A stretch of 63,981 nt of DNA, counting the filler, from Stramenopiles sp. TOSAG23-6 (Eukaryota), in the NCBI GenBank assembly GCA_900128565.1. It is 4 parts of 4 records of this genome, joined end to end, with 100 filler letters (N's around TTAATTAATTAA, not from the genome) between each part and the next. Parts side by side here need not be neighbours in the genome. Positions count along the whole stretch, not along the records: positions 1 to 16,589 come from LT636092.1; 3 more parts are not named here. The stretch is one strand, 5' to 3'. The notes beneath the pieces were generated by a model. That model worked only from the letters and a program-made list of their open reading frames with translations. It did not search any database and was not told the DNA's origin. This document shows positions 1 through 11,201 of the stretch, one piece after another. Made by a program: the position numbers and the translations under genes. Every line of letters starts with the position of its first letter. Within the stretch, counting starts at the first letter, position 1.

Positions 1-796
1 TAGTAGCTTCAAGTTCATTACTAAGTGACACAGCTTCTCCTCCAGCTGACTGTGCAACAATTAGAGCTTCTCTTGCTTCTTGACATTCAGATTTCATTTT
101 GTTTAGTTGCTTTGTATTCTCAGTTGCTGCTTCAAGTGCAGAAGCCTTTACCTGAACCAATTCGGCTTTCACAGTCTCCAATTCTTTCACTGTGTTTGAC
201 AAAGACTCAGACGTTTTGGTTTCAACACCAGATCTCAATTTAGTTTGACTTGAATATTTGGGGGAATTTATAGATCGTTTTACAGGTTGTCTAAGTGACG
301 TCGATCTTACGGTAGGCTTCTTCAATCGCGTTGGACTACCCGGAGAGCTAACTCCTGATTCACGGCGTTTTTTTGCATCACTAAGTTTTTTTTTTGCTTC
401 AAGACGGGCTTTATTTCGCGCAAGAGCAATGCGTTTTCTCTCGTCAACCGTAGGTGTTTTAGCGACTCTACTCTCTGATGGCGACTTTGTCGGTGAGTTT
501 GACTTTGTGGTTGCCGCAGCTGCAGCTCTGGAAGCACTGCGGGTAACTCTGGTAGTCGTGTTGCGTGTCTTTGTGATTAACGTCAACTGTGATTCCTTCA
601 CAAATATACCAAATTTCTTTTTACAGTCAAAGTACTTCACCCCATTTACAAAACCATCGTTCTTTCCAAGAGCTTTGTTCAACTCTACGCCAACCCATTC
701 ACCTGGAGCAAATTGAGTCTTGCCCATAAATCGTATGGTCCCTTCTTTATCAACACCAATTCGTACCTTCGCACCGACCTTAAATGTTGACGGCAT
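1..796 (-). CDS. CAP-Gly domain + coiled-coil protein (dynactin p150/CLIP-like), N-terminal part, cut by the contig end
   Basis: Exact reverse complement of ORF 15794-16589; CAP-Gly signature GTIRFMGKTQFAPGEWVGVELNKALGKNDGFVNGVKYFDC. Confidence 0.85.
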   Translation of the reverse strand, partial: MPSTFKVGAKVRIGVDKEGTIRFMGKTQFAPGEWVGVELNKALGKNDGFVNGVKYFDCKKKFGIFVKESQLTLITKTRNTTTRVTRSASRAAAAATTKSNSPTKSPSESRVAKTPTVDERKRIALARNKARLEAKKKLSDAKKRRESGVSSPGSPTRLKKPTVRSTSLRQPVKRSINSPKYSSQTKLRSGVETKTSESLSNTVKELETVKAELVQVKASALEAATENTKQLNKMKSECQEAREALIVAQSAGGEAVSLSNELEAT

Positions 797-1178
797 TATA
801 TTAAAAGACTTTAGTCTGACAAAATATTAAACTTCACGTAAATTATTTAAGTTCTTCGCGCTGCTATTTTCATTGCTGTTGATTCAGAAAACTAAAACAC
901 TGTGAGAGTGAGTTGCTTGTACTAATGTGCACTTCTGTTGATCAAGATTTATTTCAATATTTTAGCATCGTCGTCGCGACTCATTCATTGGGTACAGACA
1001 TTCGAATTATTGAATGTCAAAAAATTGACTAGAGGCCTACGTACCCGGTTCACGGAAAATATATCAGATTCTCAAAAATCCTTCAAATCCATAATCCATA
1101 CCCTACGTCTGTCGTTCATCCCGAGATCCTAAAGATATCAAGTAATATATTAGACTAAATAACTGGTCATCACAGCTA

Positions 1179-3092
1179 ATGAAAATAAATCCAAAGAAGG
1201 GGTTACGACAGGTACATCGAATGGGCAAGAAGCATCAAGTATGCAAAAGCAATACTGCAAATACGTCAACACTCAAATTGTGTAATAGAAAAACGTCTGT
1301 CAAAACTCTTGCTTGCTTAAAACGTGCACGGTCTGCATTAGAAAATAAAGTTGGAATATCAGGCTGGATAATTCCAACAACAATAGAATTTCGGGCATTC
1401 AGAACAATCGCTAATGAAATCCAACGTAAAACAAATTTTGCTACAGAAGTAGTGGTGGATATGCAGATTTCTCTTCATAGCACTGAGGAAAGAATGACTT
1501 ATTTACATAAACTCAACAGTTGTGCAGACTATGCCATTTATACCTCTTCAAAACCAGATGATACAATGCCCATGAAAGCAATATCTATGCCAAATCTCTT
1601 GGCGATTGCTAAAGATGTAGATCCAGGTATAAGTGAGAACGAGGAAGCAAATATAATTGCAAAGGAGCAGTCCACGTGCCACGCATGCTCTTTAATTTGT
1701 AAATTGTGCGATGCTGCTGCTACATGCCAAGCTGAAACTTCTGATGCAGCAGTGGCGAACGCATTGGAATATGTAAATGCTCGTAATCAGCGAATAAAAA
1801 TTGTTAGAAATGGCGTGATTAAGGCACAAGCGCGTTCCCGAGGTATTATTGTGAGGAGAAAAAAAGCTGAAGAATATGCTGCAAAAGTAAATACATTTGA
1901 TTTGGTATTGGGTCAAAGGCACGAATTTTCCTGTCTAATGAAATCAGCGGTAGAAGAGCTTGATTCAACAAATGCTGCATCTTCTGGCGAAAGTGGGGCA
2001 CCTAATTTCACTGATGTATCTGCCAACAGCAATCAAAAGGAAAATTTGCCAAATGATTTGGTTAAAGTGTATAAAAGTTGTGTTCCATACTATCCCAGTC
2101 CACATTCTCATTTTACTTCAGATGGCCTTGATCATACATTGCCACCTGATGAATTGCGCAACCAAAGCAGACATACAACACTTTTGCCGAAAAGAAGAAG
2201 AAAACATTGCAGGAAAAGGAGTAAGAAAAATANAAAGCAAAACAAAACTCAGAAGTCCTCATTGTTAAATTTGAGTCATTTGGAAAAACTTCGTCTCAAA
2301 CAGAAAGCAAATACCACCTTAGCAAGGTATTTCAATACTTCAAAGGGTCCTTTATTTAAAATGTTTGTAGCAGAACCTGAAGTTTTGCTACCTCCACTTA
2401 ATATGGAATTAAGTACGTTTGAACAGCATCCTAGTGGAGCTTGGAACCCACGAAAGCATAAAGGATTAAATGGCATCATGGGACCACCACTTCGATTGGT
2501 ATCTGCAGCAGATTATCACACACTGAAAGAAACGGTAGAGCCTCTTCAAAAGAAAAAGCTTACTTGGTTAAGATATATATTGCATACTCGGAAAATAAGT
2601 GAATTTCAGCTATTTCATCGCATGGACACAGATCTTTCTGGTAAAATATCTTTGAGTGAATTCCGGCGAGGATTATATTTGCTAGGAATTTTTATATCAA
2701 GGGTTGATGCAATAGCTTTATTTCGTGCTATTGGTGAAAGTATGTCACTTCAATGGTCAGACATACGCATTGCATTATGGCCTTCAGTTGGAAACCACAA
2801 AAAAAAACCAAGAGGGTTCAAGTCTAGAAACACTAAAACATCACCAAGATCTTTTTCTCAGAAAGAACAGTACATGTGGCATAAAATGGTTGAAACAAAA
2901 CACAGAAAAACAAAACATATTTGCCTAATACCCAAACAGGCTTGTCAACGTTGTATAAAGAATTTCCGTTTATATTATAGAACACAAATAAACTCATTAG
3001 GTGACCCACTTTGTTTGAGTCGTACGCACAAGACTTTGTCCGTGGTTGATGCAATACATAAAAGATTAAAGAATGACAACGGAAGGTTTTAA
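1179..3092 (+). CDS. IQ-like motif and EF-hand containing protein (637 aa, intronless)
   Basis: Long ORF; IQ-like IKAQARSRGIIVRRK; EF-hand FHRMDTDLSGKISLSEF. Confidence 0.7.
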   Translation: MKINPKKGLRQVHRMGKKHQVCKSNTANTSTLKLCNRKTSVKTLACLKRARSALENKVGISGWIIPTTIEFRAFRTIANEIQRKTNFATEVVVDMQISLHSTEERMTYLHKLNSCADYAIYTSSKPDDTMPMKAISMPNLLAIAKDVDPGISENEEANIIAKEQSTCHACSLICKLCDAAATCQAETSDAAVANALEYVNARNQRIKIVRNGVIKAQARSRGIIVRRKKAEEYAAKVNTFDLVLGQRHEFSCLMKSAVEELDSTNAASSGESGAPNFTDVSANSNQKENLPNDLVKVYKSCVPYYPSPHSHFTSDGLDHTLPPDELRNQSRHTTLLPKRRRKHCRKRSKKNXKQNKTQKSSLLNLSHLEKLRLKQKANTTLARYFNTSKGPLFKMFVAEPEVLLPPLNMELSTFEQHPSGAWNPRKHKGLNGIMGPPLRLVSAADYHTLKETVEPLQKKKLTWLRYILHTRKISEFQLFHRMDTDLSGKISLSEFRRGLYLLGIFISRVDAIALFRAIGESMSLQWSDIRIALWPSVGNHKKKPRGFKSRNTKTSPRSFSQKEQYMWHKMVETKHRKTKHICLIPKQACQRCIKNFRLYYRTQINSLGDPLCLSRTHKTLSVVDAIHKRLKNDNGRF

Positions 3093-3201
3093 TGATCACT
3101 AAAAAGATAAATTATAAAAGCTTTTATTATTTTTTTTGAAACATACTGAAACGTTATTTCATTTTTTATCATTTTGTGTTTTAATAAAACCAGGGTAGCA
3201 G

Positions 3202-4515
3202 CTACAAAGAAAACTTGGCGCGATATTTGGCTGCAGGGCAAACTTTTTTTACTGGTATTGGTTCTTCTTTTGGTGTAAATATGCTTCTTATACTACTGAG
3301 ATGGCTTTTCCCTGGATTATTTGTTCGCAAATTGGTAGAGTCAGAACTATCTTGATTTGAACGTACACGTTCTACTTTTTCATTCTTCTTTGAGTATTTG
3401 AGGTCAATTTCTGGTGACCTTTTTTCAATCTTGTCTATCTCCACAAGAAGTGCACGTGCCTGTTGCACAGTTGTTTGAACTCCATCCTTAAAACCAGACA
3501 GGTGGTTGGTAATTTCGTTGCATTTGTCGTCTAATTTTTTGCTTTCTAATGATAAAAACTTCGTTTCTTCCAATATGCTTGCATAAGGACCTCCAGCGAG
3601 AAATCCATCACAACTTGCATCGACAACTTCAGACCGAAACGTCACTGGCACTTTCGTTTTAGGCTCTTCAAGAAATGAGTTCATTTTATACTCTGACTTT
3701 TTTTGTAGAGGCAAAGGAATATATGGATTTATTGTTCTCTCCTTCTTAGAAGATAACAATGTCCCCTCCAACTTTGTCTTTTCTTTTTTCAAAGCTTCGT
3801 ATCTTTCATCCAAATTATAAGCTTCATTATCATTTTCAGCTGGTTCATTCTTGTATTTTTTGGTATACCTCGCCATGATCTCCTCAACACTTTCGCGCTT
3901 CAATTCTTTGTTGTCGTTTTTTGAGGGAGTAGATTTGAGTGATTGTGTTGTAGTTTCGGGTTTAGCTTCCAATGCTGGTGTTTTAAATCTATTCAGCAAT
4001 CTCCTTGCTTCAGTTACTTCCACCCCAACCTTTCTCACTCCATTTCCAAGATTTTTGGAATTTTTACTCATCGGTTTTACATCCATGCTTGCATTGCGAT
4101 TATTCATTAGTTTCATAGAATCTGCTAATTCTGTACCAATTTTTCTCCTCATATTTTGTTTTGTTTTTACAGTACTTGTTTCTAGATGTGCAAGAGCGGA
4201 AGCCATGGCCTGTACTTTTCCACTAGTTTTCAGTTTACTTTCATTCCTTTTTGTATCCGAACTCATCTTTTGTTTTATTTCTAATCCAAGTTTCTCCCTC
4301 ATATTTTGTTTTTCTTTCACACTACTTTTTTCTAAATGTGCAAGAGCGGAAGCCACAGTTAACATTTTTGACTTCTTTTTCTTTTTCTCGACAATGACTC
4401 CATCAGTTGGAAGCTTCCACGTTGTAACCTTTGTTTTTGTGTTAATATAATAATCACGCTTTGTTTTGGGGTCATTCTTCTTCCAAAACTCAGTTCTTGG
4501 TTGACTTTTTTCCAT
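3202..4515 (-). CDS. N-terminal WW-domain protein with coiled coil (437 aa)
   Basis: WKKNDPKTKRDYYINTKTKVTTWKLP fits the WW pattern; internal repeat ASALAHLE...KQNMR. Confidence 0.75.
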   Translation of the reverse strand: MEKSQPRTEFWKKNDPKTKRDYYINTKTKVTTWKLPTDGVIVEKKKKKSKMLTVASALAHLEKSSVKEKQNMREKLGLEIKQKMSSDTKRNESKLKTSGKVQAMASALAHLETSTVKTKQNMRRKIGTELADSMKLMNNRNASMDVKPMSKNSKNLGNGVRKVGVEVTEARRLLNRFKTPALEAKPETTTQSLKSTPSKNDNKELKRESVEEIMARYTKKYKNEPAENDNEAYNLDERYEALKKEKTKLEGTLLSSKKERTINPYIPLPLQKKSEYKMNSFLEEPKTKVPVTFRSEVVDASCDGFLAGGPYASILEETKFLSLESKKLDDKCNEITNHLSGFKDGVQTTVQQARALLVEIDKIEKRSPEIDLKYSKKNEKVERVRSNQDSSDSTNLRTNNPGKSHLSSIRSIFTPKEEPIPVKKVCPAAKYRAKFSL

Positions 4516-5018
4516 CTTTACTGATATTTACAATCTGCTTTGTCCAATGCGTTAAGTTTTACTATCTTACTACAAAAGATCTTCTTAAAAAAAAAAAAAC
4601 TTATCAAGTAAAAGTAACGGATCGACGCGCGTTGACGCGTTACCGGGTATTGAACGCGCCGATGACTCTTTCATAATAATCTGCTTTTCACCATTATATG
4701 TTTATATCGGGAGCTTTATGTTTATATCTGGAGCTTCTCTGGCGCAAGAAAGTTGAAAAGAGAAAAAACTATCAGAATAAAAAACTTAATGAAGGAAATG
4801 TGAAAAATAAAAAAAGTTATGAAAAATACTATCGTTATGAAAAATAAAAAAACATTACAAAATAATAATAAATAATTTTGTTTTATTCCTGTACAATATA
4901 CAAACAATAATTATAAAAGGAAATAATTTAATATCCTTTAATATGTTATAGATCAATCGAATGATAATCATAATCAATTAACCAACCAAATTACTCATAA
5001 CTAAAGAATCATTTCACA

Positions 5019-6368
5019 CTAATAATGCTGCTTACCATAGATAGAGAGACCCCATCTTTCTTTGCCCACAACTTTACGTGCTTTTCCTGAGTGTGTGAGT
5101 CTTCGGGCTCTTCTTTTATCAGTTTTTGCATGTTTTTTACGATCACCCAATTCAAATTGACCACGACGAAGTAAGCTCATCATTCTATCATGCATCAGTG
5201 TTCCAGATTGAGATTCAATCTGACGCAAGCTCCCATGCAATTCTTCAGTTAATGCCATGGCTGGTTTAGGAATATACTCTTTATCAACTTTATGACCAAT
5301 TTTGGGTAGTACAGAATCAGGATTCGCCAAAGTTTCAGCAATAATACGTTTCTTCTCAATACGTCTCTCCGTGATTTTAGCTTCTTCACTCAAAATATCT
5401 TTTTTAATTTTTTTCGACATGTTAATATCATGTAAAAATCGTTTTTTTTGTTTTTCTTGAAGACGGAAGCGCAATTCAGCTTGGTGGCGTCTTTGTTTAT
5501 TACGCTGAGCTCGAGTTTTTTTCTTTCCTGCTTTCTTAAATACAGTTATTTTTTCATTCGTCTCCTCAGTGACTTCTTCCTCTTCGTCGGTATCGCTCCA
5601 TAATGAGTCATCAATAAGCTTCAACTGAAAACGATTTGCGGGACCTCTACGTAAACATTCTTTCTCTTTTTGAGCGATCAACTTTTCCTCAGCGGCCACA
5701 GCAGAACTGATTATTCTTTGATGATCTTCTTTTGAAGGATTGTATGACTCTCCAGCTTTTGGTAGTTCCAATGATGGAACAGCAGCAGAACGAAAAGGTT
5801 TTGGTTGAACCGGAGCAATGCATCTGGAAGCTTTTGGCAAACGACGTTCAGCTTTCGCTGACAGCTGTGGTTTTTTAACGGTAGAAGCGCCCCATATTCC
5901 AAAGTCTACGATACCACCTACGCTTTCCTTTTCTGTCCGTTTTCTTACTACTGGGTCCGTCGCTTCAATATCAAATTGAGTCTTTCCCGTTGGTTGTGCA
6001 GCAATTGCCTTTGCAAGGCGCTTGGCTTTTCTGACACTTAAAGTGATGGCTGATTTAGACATCGGCTTCAAACTGGTTGAATTGTCTGATGATATCTTCT
6101 GCTTTTTCTTTTTAGGATGACTACTATCTATTTCGGTACTATTGGCGAGAGCTGCATCATTGGCTTTCTCTTCTGCAATACGCTTTCTCTTTTCGATCTT
6201 TTTCTGTTCAGCCAATGTCCCCTTGTCAATTACAAAAAGAGACGAAGCTGGTCTATTCTCCATACGCTTCTCTCGAGCCATGTCCAGTAACATATTTGTA
6301 ATGTCGGCGCCGGAACCAGACTTTCGCCATGTTCTTGTCTTGCGTCGTTTTCGAACTCCCTTTGGCAT
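5019..6368 (-). CDS. NOP53: Ribosome biogenesis protein NOP53 (GLTSCR2)
   Basis: Basic protein with LFVID, SYNPSKEDHQ, KKTRAQRNK, EELHGSLRQI and DRMMSLLRRG motifs typical of Nop53. Confidence 0.85.
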   Translation of the reverse strand: MPKGVRKRRKTRTWRKSGSGADITNMLLDMAREKRMENRPASSLFVIDKGTLAEQKKIEKRKRIAEEKANDAALANSTEIDSSHPKKKKQKISSDNSTSLKPMSKSAITLSVRKAKRLAKAIAAQPTGKTQFDIEATDPVVRKRTEKESVGGIVDFGIWGASTVKKPQLSAKAERRLPKASRCIAPVQPKPFRSAAVPSLELPKAGESYNPSKEDHQRIISSAVAAEEKLIAQKEKECLRRGPANRFQLKLIDDSLWSDTDEEEEVTEETNEKITVFKKAGKKKTRAQRNKQRRHQAELRFRLQEKQKKRFLHDINMSKKIKKDILSEEAKITERRIEKKRIIAETLANPDSVLPKIGHKVDKEYIPKPAMALTEELHGSLRQIESQSGTLMHDRMMSLLRRGQFELGDRKKHAKTDKRRARRLTHSGKARKVVGKERWGLSIYGKQHY

Positions 6369-6872
6369 TTTCAGAATAATATAGTTGTAGTAATACTACA
6401 ACAACACGGATGTTGGTGTGACTTAGAGTGGACTGGACGGATTGGACCCTTTAGGTACAGAAAATAAGTACAGATTCAATACTGTTTTTTTAGAACAGGT
6501 TTGTGCCATTTAAAATGTTTCCCTTGGAAGATTCTTCTTTTCCATTAAATTTTCATAGATGATAATAAATATCATATGTTAATTAATGCTATTCAATTTC
6601 AAACCTCACAATATAAAGAGTTATAGTGCGTAAAACTTTATAAAAAAGCATCTACTAAATTTTAGCTTTTGAAACATCTACATTTATTATACAGTTGAAA
6701 GACTATAGTTCAGACAAAGTCCTAATCTACATCTTACTTATAATATCATACAATAAATAAAATCTTTTCTTTTTATCATGATATTTCACATTTTTAGAAC
6801 TCTTAAAATCCAAAGAATCCTACATACATCACTAATCTCTGGAATCTATATCACTTGACATGGAAAGTTCCA

Positions 6873-9744
6873 TTACACTGTCTCTGAATCATCTTTCCTT
6901 ACTATTAATTCTGCGACCACACCATTATTATCAGAAACACCTCCAACAGGATCCAATGCTCTCATTTGAATTACACTCTGTGTCTCCCAAGATTGAGGAA
7001 TTTCATATTGAAAATTGCCACTTTTAAACCATACAGCCTCAGTTGTAACAGTATCAGACCATGATGATCTGATTTTTTGCTCCTGTAGATAATCAATTTG
7101 CTTTTGGTCAGGTGTTCCAAGATAGTGAGAAACAACACTTGTAAAGTCTCCCATTACAATGTCAGTACCAGCTCTAAATATCTGGTTGATAGCCTCAACC
7201 TTGACCTCAGTAATGTGTTTTTCCTGGGCATTATCTTCAACTTTCTCTCCACTGCAAAGATCCACATTAGCCACTACAATGTTTGTGCTTGGTCTTAGTT
7301 TTAGTTCCAATTTTAACAAAAGTGTTTCCCTCTGTATTTCACAAAACTCTGCAGGAATCTTCTGCTTACTCTCCTCACCTGGTGATACATCCCAATCAGA
7401 ATTACGCCTCAATAAAAATGCTTGTAGATGAGTACGCTGTATCTGTTTACCATTACCACCTACATAGAGATTCCTCATGACTTTTTCATAGCATGGAGAA
7501 AAGTCAGTATGTCGGTCAAATAATGGTACTGTCTGCAAGGCTACAACATCTGGAGTATGTATTTCAAGTTGCTGTGCTAGAGTGTCACGAATGTATCATG
7601 AAAATATATTATGTCAAATTCGAAATTTGTTAGTATATTATAGAATTTGGTACAGAGAAATATTAACTTTGAAATTCATGATGAAAACGTGCATTTCTTC
7701 TGGCCTTCTTCCATCAGGGTTTACCAATCCCAAATTGATTGTTGCCACCTTAATTTTTGGATATAGACCCTTTTCACTTATTACTTCTCTACAGATTGGT
7801 AGTCCATAATTCACTTGATAAACTGGAAGAACCGCCTGGATATCTCTTACCATAAAGTAACCAGCTACTGTATCGGGGTAGTCACGATTCATACTCCAAC
7901 TATCGTATTTTGCTTCCGGCGTTTCATAAGATTTCCATTTTGCATTTGTTTTTGTTCTTCCTGGTGCTACAAGATTCAAAATGACACTTCCATGATATGA
8001 TCCATCATCAGTATTACCAAAATGAAAAGCTGGTTCTGTCGCATATCTATCTAAATAAACTGCATTCCCCATTACATTTCCATTTTCCCTTGGGTGTCTT
8101 TCTCCATCATATATTTCACCACCTATACGGTATCCATCTTCAAATATTTTTTCTCTTGCGTTCTGATCACGACATCCATGCCATAGCCATTCTAACTTGT
8201 CTGATACGTCTCTTTTTTTTAATTCTTCAGCTTTTTTGTAAAACGGAATCGATAGCTTTTCATTTTCACATACAATAACAGATTTTACCTCACGTTCGCC
8301 CCAAGCATTGTCCCATTCCCAACCTTCTCTTACCTGCAAAGTTTTAAATTTTCTGGCTGCAAATTCAAAGTGACTCTTGAGAAATGGATCTTTTTCTGTT
8401 GAAAATATTTCAACACAATGTGCCGAATGGGTTATCTTTGCTTCTCCTTTCGCATCGGACTGTCTGACACTTTTCTGGAGTGGTTCCGGAAGATGTCGTT
8501 TAGTTACATATTGCCATTTCAAAAATGCAGATTTTAATTTACGTGAAAGGAACTTTAACTTTTCTTCATGTAATGCCAAGAGTTTTTGTCGATCATTTAC
8601 TCCAAGTACCAAAAAAGAATGTTCATGTATCCCTAATTCTGGGTGAATTGCATTTAATAAACTTCTAATATGATTTTTTTTCAATGATACATTATTCCAT
8701 TCAACGAGCTGACATGTACTGTGAAAAATATGTAAATAAATATATCGTAAGATATGAAATTTGGTACAAAAAAAACTTTAAAATTGATGATGAAAAAGTA
8801 CGTGTATCAGCAAACAACTGCCTACTCTCTTCTAAACCAGGAAGTGGAAGAAAACTATCTTCAGTTCCAAGAAAATCCAATAGAAAACGTTGACGTGCTC
8901 GTTCTCTTTTTCTATACTTTTCTTGGAGAGGATCTAGATCAAGTAATGTGAAAAAATATGTCAAATTTGAAAATCCTCAGATATGAAATTCATTACAAAA
9001 AACGCTAACCCTAATTAAAATTAATGATAAAAACGTACAGATAAAAAGGGATACCTTTCAAAAGCTACAGCAACATTGTCATACATAACTTTAGCACCTT
9101 TCAATAGATTAATTTCAAGTTTTATCTTTTCTCGAGGATCCTTGCTTCCTTTTTCACGTGCTCGATGTATTGTGAAAAATATGTAAAATTCGAAATTCGT
9201 TAGGTATGGAATTTGGTACAAAAACAAAATTGAAATTTTACTGATGAAAAGGAAAACGCACAGGTACTTCAAGATGCCTAATTCTGCTTAAAGCATTTGC
9301 TTCATAATTTTTAAAAAGTCTTTCCATTTCGTCTTTTTTTTTTATTATTTGTACTTTGTCCTTGTTCATTTCTTCTTTGTACTTGTTTATTTCTTCTTTG
9401 TATTTTAACAATTCCGATAGCTTTTCTTCTAGAGCCATAATCTCTATTTGTTTTTTGGGTGTTCTTTTTCTTTGGTTCCTTTCATGAAGTATTTTCTCGC
9501 GTGTTTTTGTTACTTCTGCATCAAGATCCGGGTGTTTTATTAATTTTAATTTTGCTTCGTGAAGTTCCATAGAATGTAATGTACTTTCATGAAATTCAAC
9601 AATGACTTTCCTATCTTGAAGAATTCTCTGGAAAATCGCTTCATGATGTTCTCGACGTTCCGTCCTCAATTCATATTCTTTGGCGGAAAGTGCCCCATTC
9701 ACAGTGACAAAGTTTAGAAATAGTAATAAGATACATATTGACAT
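6873..9744 (-). CDS. Five-exon gene: signal peptide, coiled coil, PARP-like catalytic domain and degenerate EEP domain
   Basis: Five ORF pieces join in frame after removing introns 9165-9261, 8941-9038, 8714-8801 and 7591-7692. PARP-like WLWHGC..KIFEDGY..GNAVYL..VLPVYQVNY; EEP-like PDVVALQ, VMGDF, SD. Confidence 0.7.
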
Positions 9745-10095
9745 TCTTTCAATTGTTCCACTAAATGATTAATGTTGTTATACTAAATTAGTTCTCTTGT
9801 CGTTTCGGTGAAGTAATATGAAAGTGTGTGTGCATTCATAACAGAAAAGAATCTCCGCATGATCGACACAGGTTCGAAGATTCGACAGACATCAAAATTT
9901 CTTGGATCAGTCAAATCTCAAGACTCAAGATTGTTTCTTTTTTTTTCAATCGTATTTTCTCAACCACTCTCCATTCTGCACTACAGAAAAGGGAGATAGA
10001 GCTTATTTTTGAGAAGAAAGGAAAAGAACATCTGGTCGTGTATTTGTTGGAAACAGGTTCTACGGAGGACACCGAGGGTGTTCTTTCCTAAAAGT

Positions 10096-11121
10096 ATGGG
10101 GACTACGTTTTCAACTAAATCGACGGAAGCAGTGTCTACAAAAGGTGATTTCAATTCAAACCAAAAAAGCGAAAAGATTGGTTCAAGCATAGATGAAATA
10201 CATGCTCAAGTTAGATCCGCTTATCATCGTACAGCAGAAGGTGGATCTCTTGCTACAGGTGCTTCTGCAGGTTGTTGTGGTGTTGAAAGGGACTATGACG
10301 CAGTATCAATGCGTTTAGGCTACACTGCGGAAGATATTGAAAAAGCTGGGGAAAGTAACCTTGGTTTGGGGTGTGGCCAACCCGTTAGTTGGGCAAACTT
10401 AAAACCTGGTGAGTTTGTTATTGATTTAGGCTCAGGTGCAGGTTTTGATTGTGTTTTAGCTGCTGGTCAGGTCGGACCAAAAGGCAAAGTTGTTGGTATT
10501 GACATGACACCTAAAATGGTTGATAAAGCAAATAGGAGTGTCAAAGAAAAAGGTTTGTCTGAATATGTACAATTTATTCATAGTGAAATTGAACATTTAC
10601 CTGTTGAAAGTGGTATGTTTGACTGTTTATTATCAAATTGTGTAGTGAATCTTTCTCCTGATAAAAACCAAGTATGTACGTTTTCAAAATTGAATTTCAA
10701 ATTTTTATCTTTTTTTCGTACGAAATTTCGTACCTAATGAATTTTGACTACATTTTTTTTTCACAAAACATGTCGAGAAGCCTTTCGAGTACTCAAAGAA
10801 GGTGGAAGACTTTGTATATCTGATATTATTGCGACAACAGAAATACCAGAAAGACTTCAAACTGCTGAAGCTTTGGCATGCTGAGTTGCAGGAGCCTCAC
10901 GAAAACATGAATTACAGACAATGCTTGAAAATGCTGGCTTTGTCAATGTATACATTGAAGAGAAACCTACAAGTAAGAATTTTATAAAGGATTGGCTTCC
11001 TGGAAGTGGTGCAGAGAATTTTGTAGTTTCTGCAAAAATATCAGCAAGTAAACCAATGATGGAAGTACTAGGAGTCAAAGATGAAATCGTTCATTCGACT
11101 ACTACATCTAAAAGTCGTTGA
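10096..11121 (+). CDS. AS3MT: Arsenite S-adenosylmethyltransferase (ArsM/AS3MT family), two exons, probable selenoprotein
   Basis: [37 protein letters not shown]. Removing 10676-10771 gives [20 protein letters not shown]. In-frame TGA at 10882-10884 in AC*VAGA, after which family-like sequence continues. The start codon is the first in-frame ATG. Confidence 0.9.
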
Positions 11122-11201
11122 TAAATATTGAAATTGTAACAAAACTTTTTTTTTGCAAAAATACTTGTTTGCTTTAATACACAATCTAAATCTATATATC
11201 C

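Noticed and set aside
258-716. Antisense and overlapping ORFs (e.g. 258-716, 3851-4450, 40728-41072, 44179-44601, 59810-60586)
   Set aside because: Shadows of real genes or alternative frames of low-complexity repeats.
10674-10769. Reading the introns as U12-type AT-AC minor introns
   Set aside because: There is no RTATCCTT donor, the branch-like motif is too far from the acceptor, and several copies would start with TT, GT, CT or AA in that register.
10882-10884. TGA as evidence of a UGA=Trp code or a pseudogene
   Set aside because: TGG encodes Trp and TGA terminates other genes here; the position matches a conserved Cys and a SECIS-like hairpin follows.
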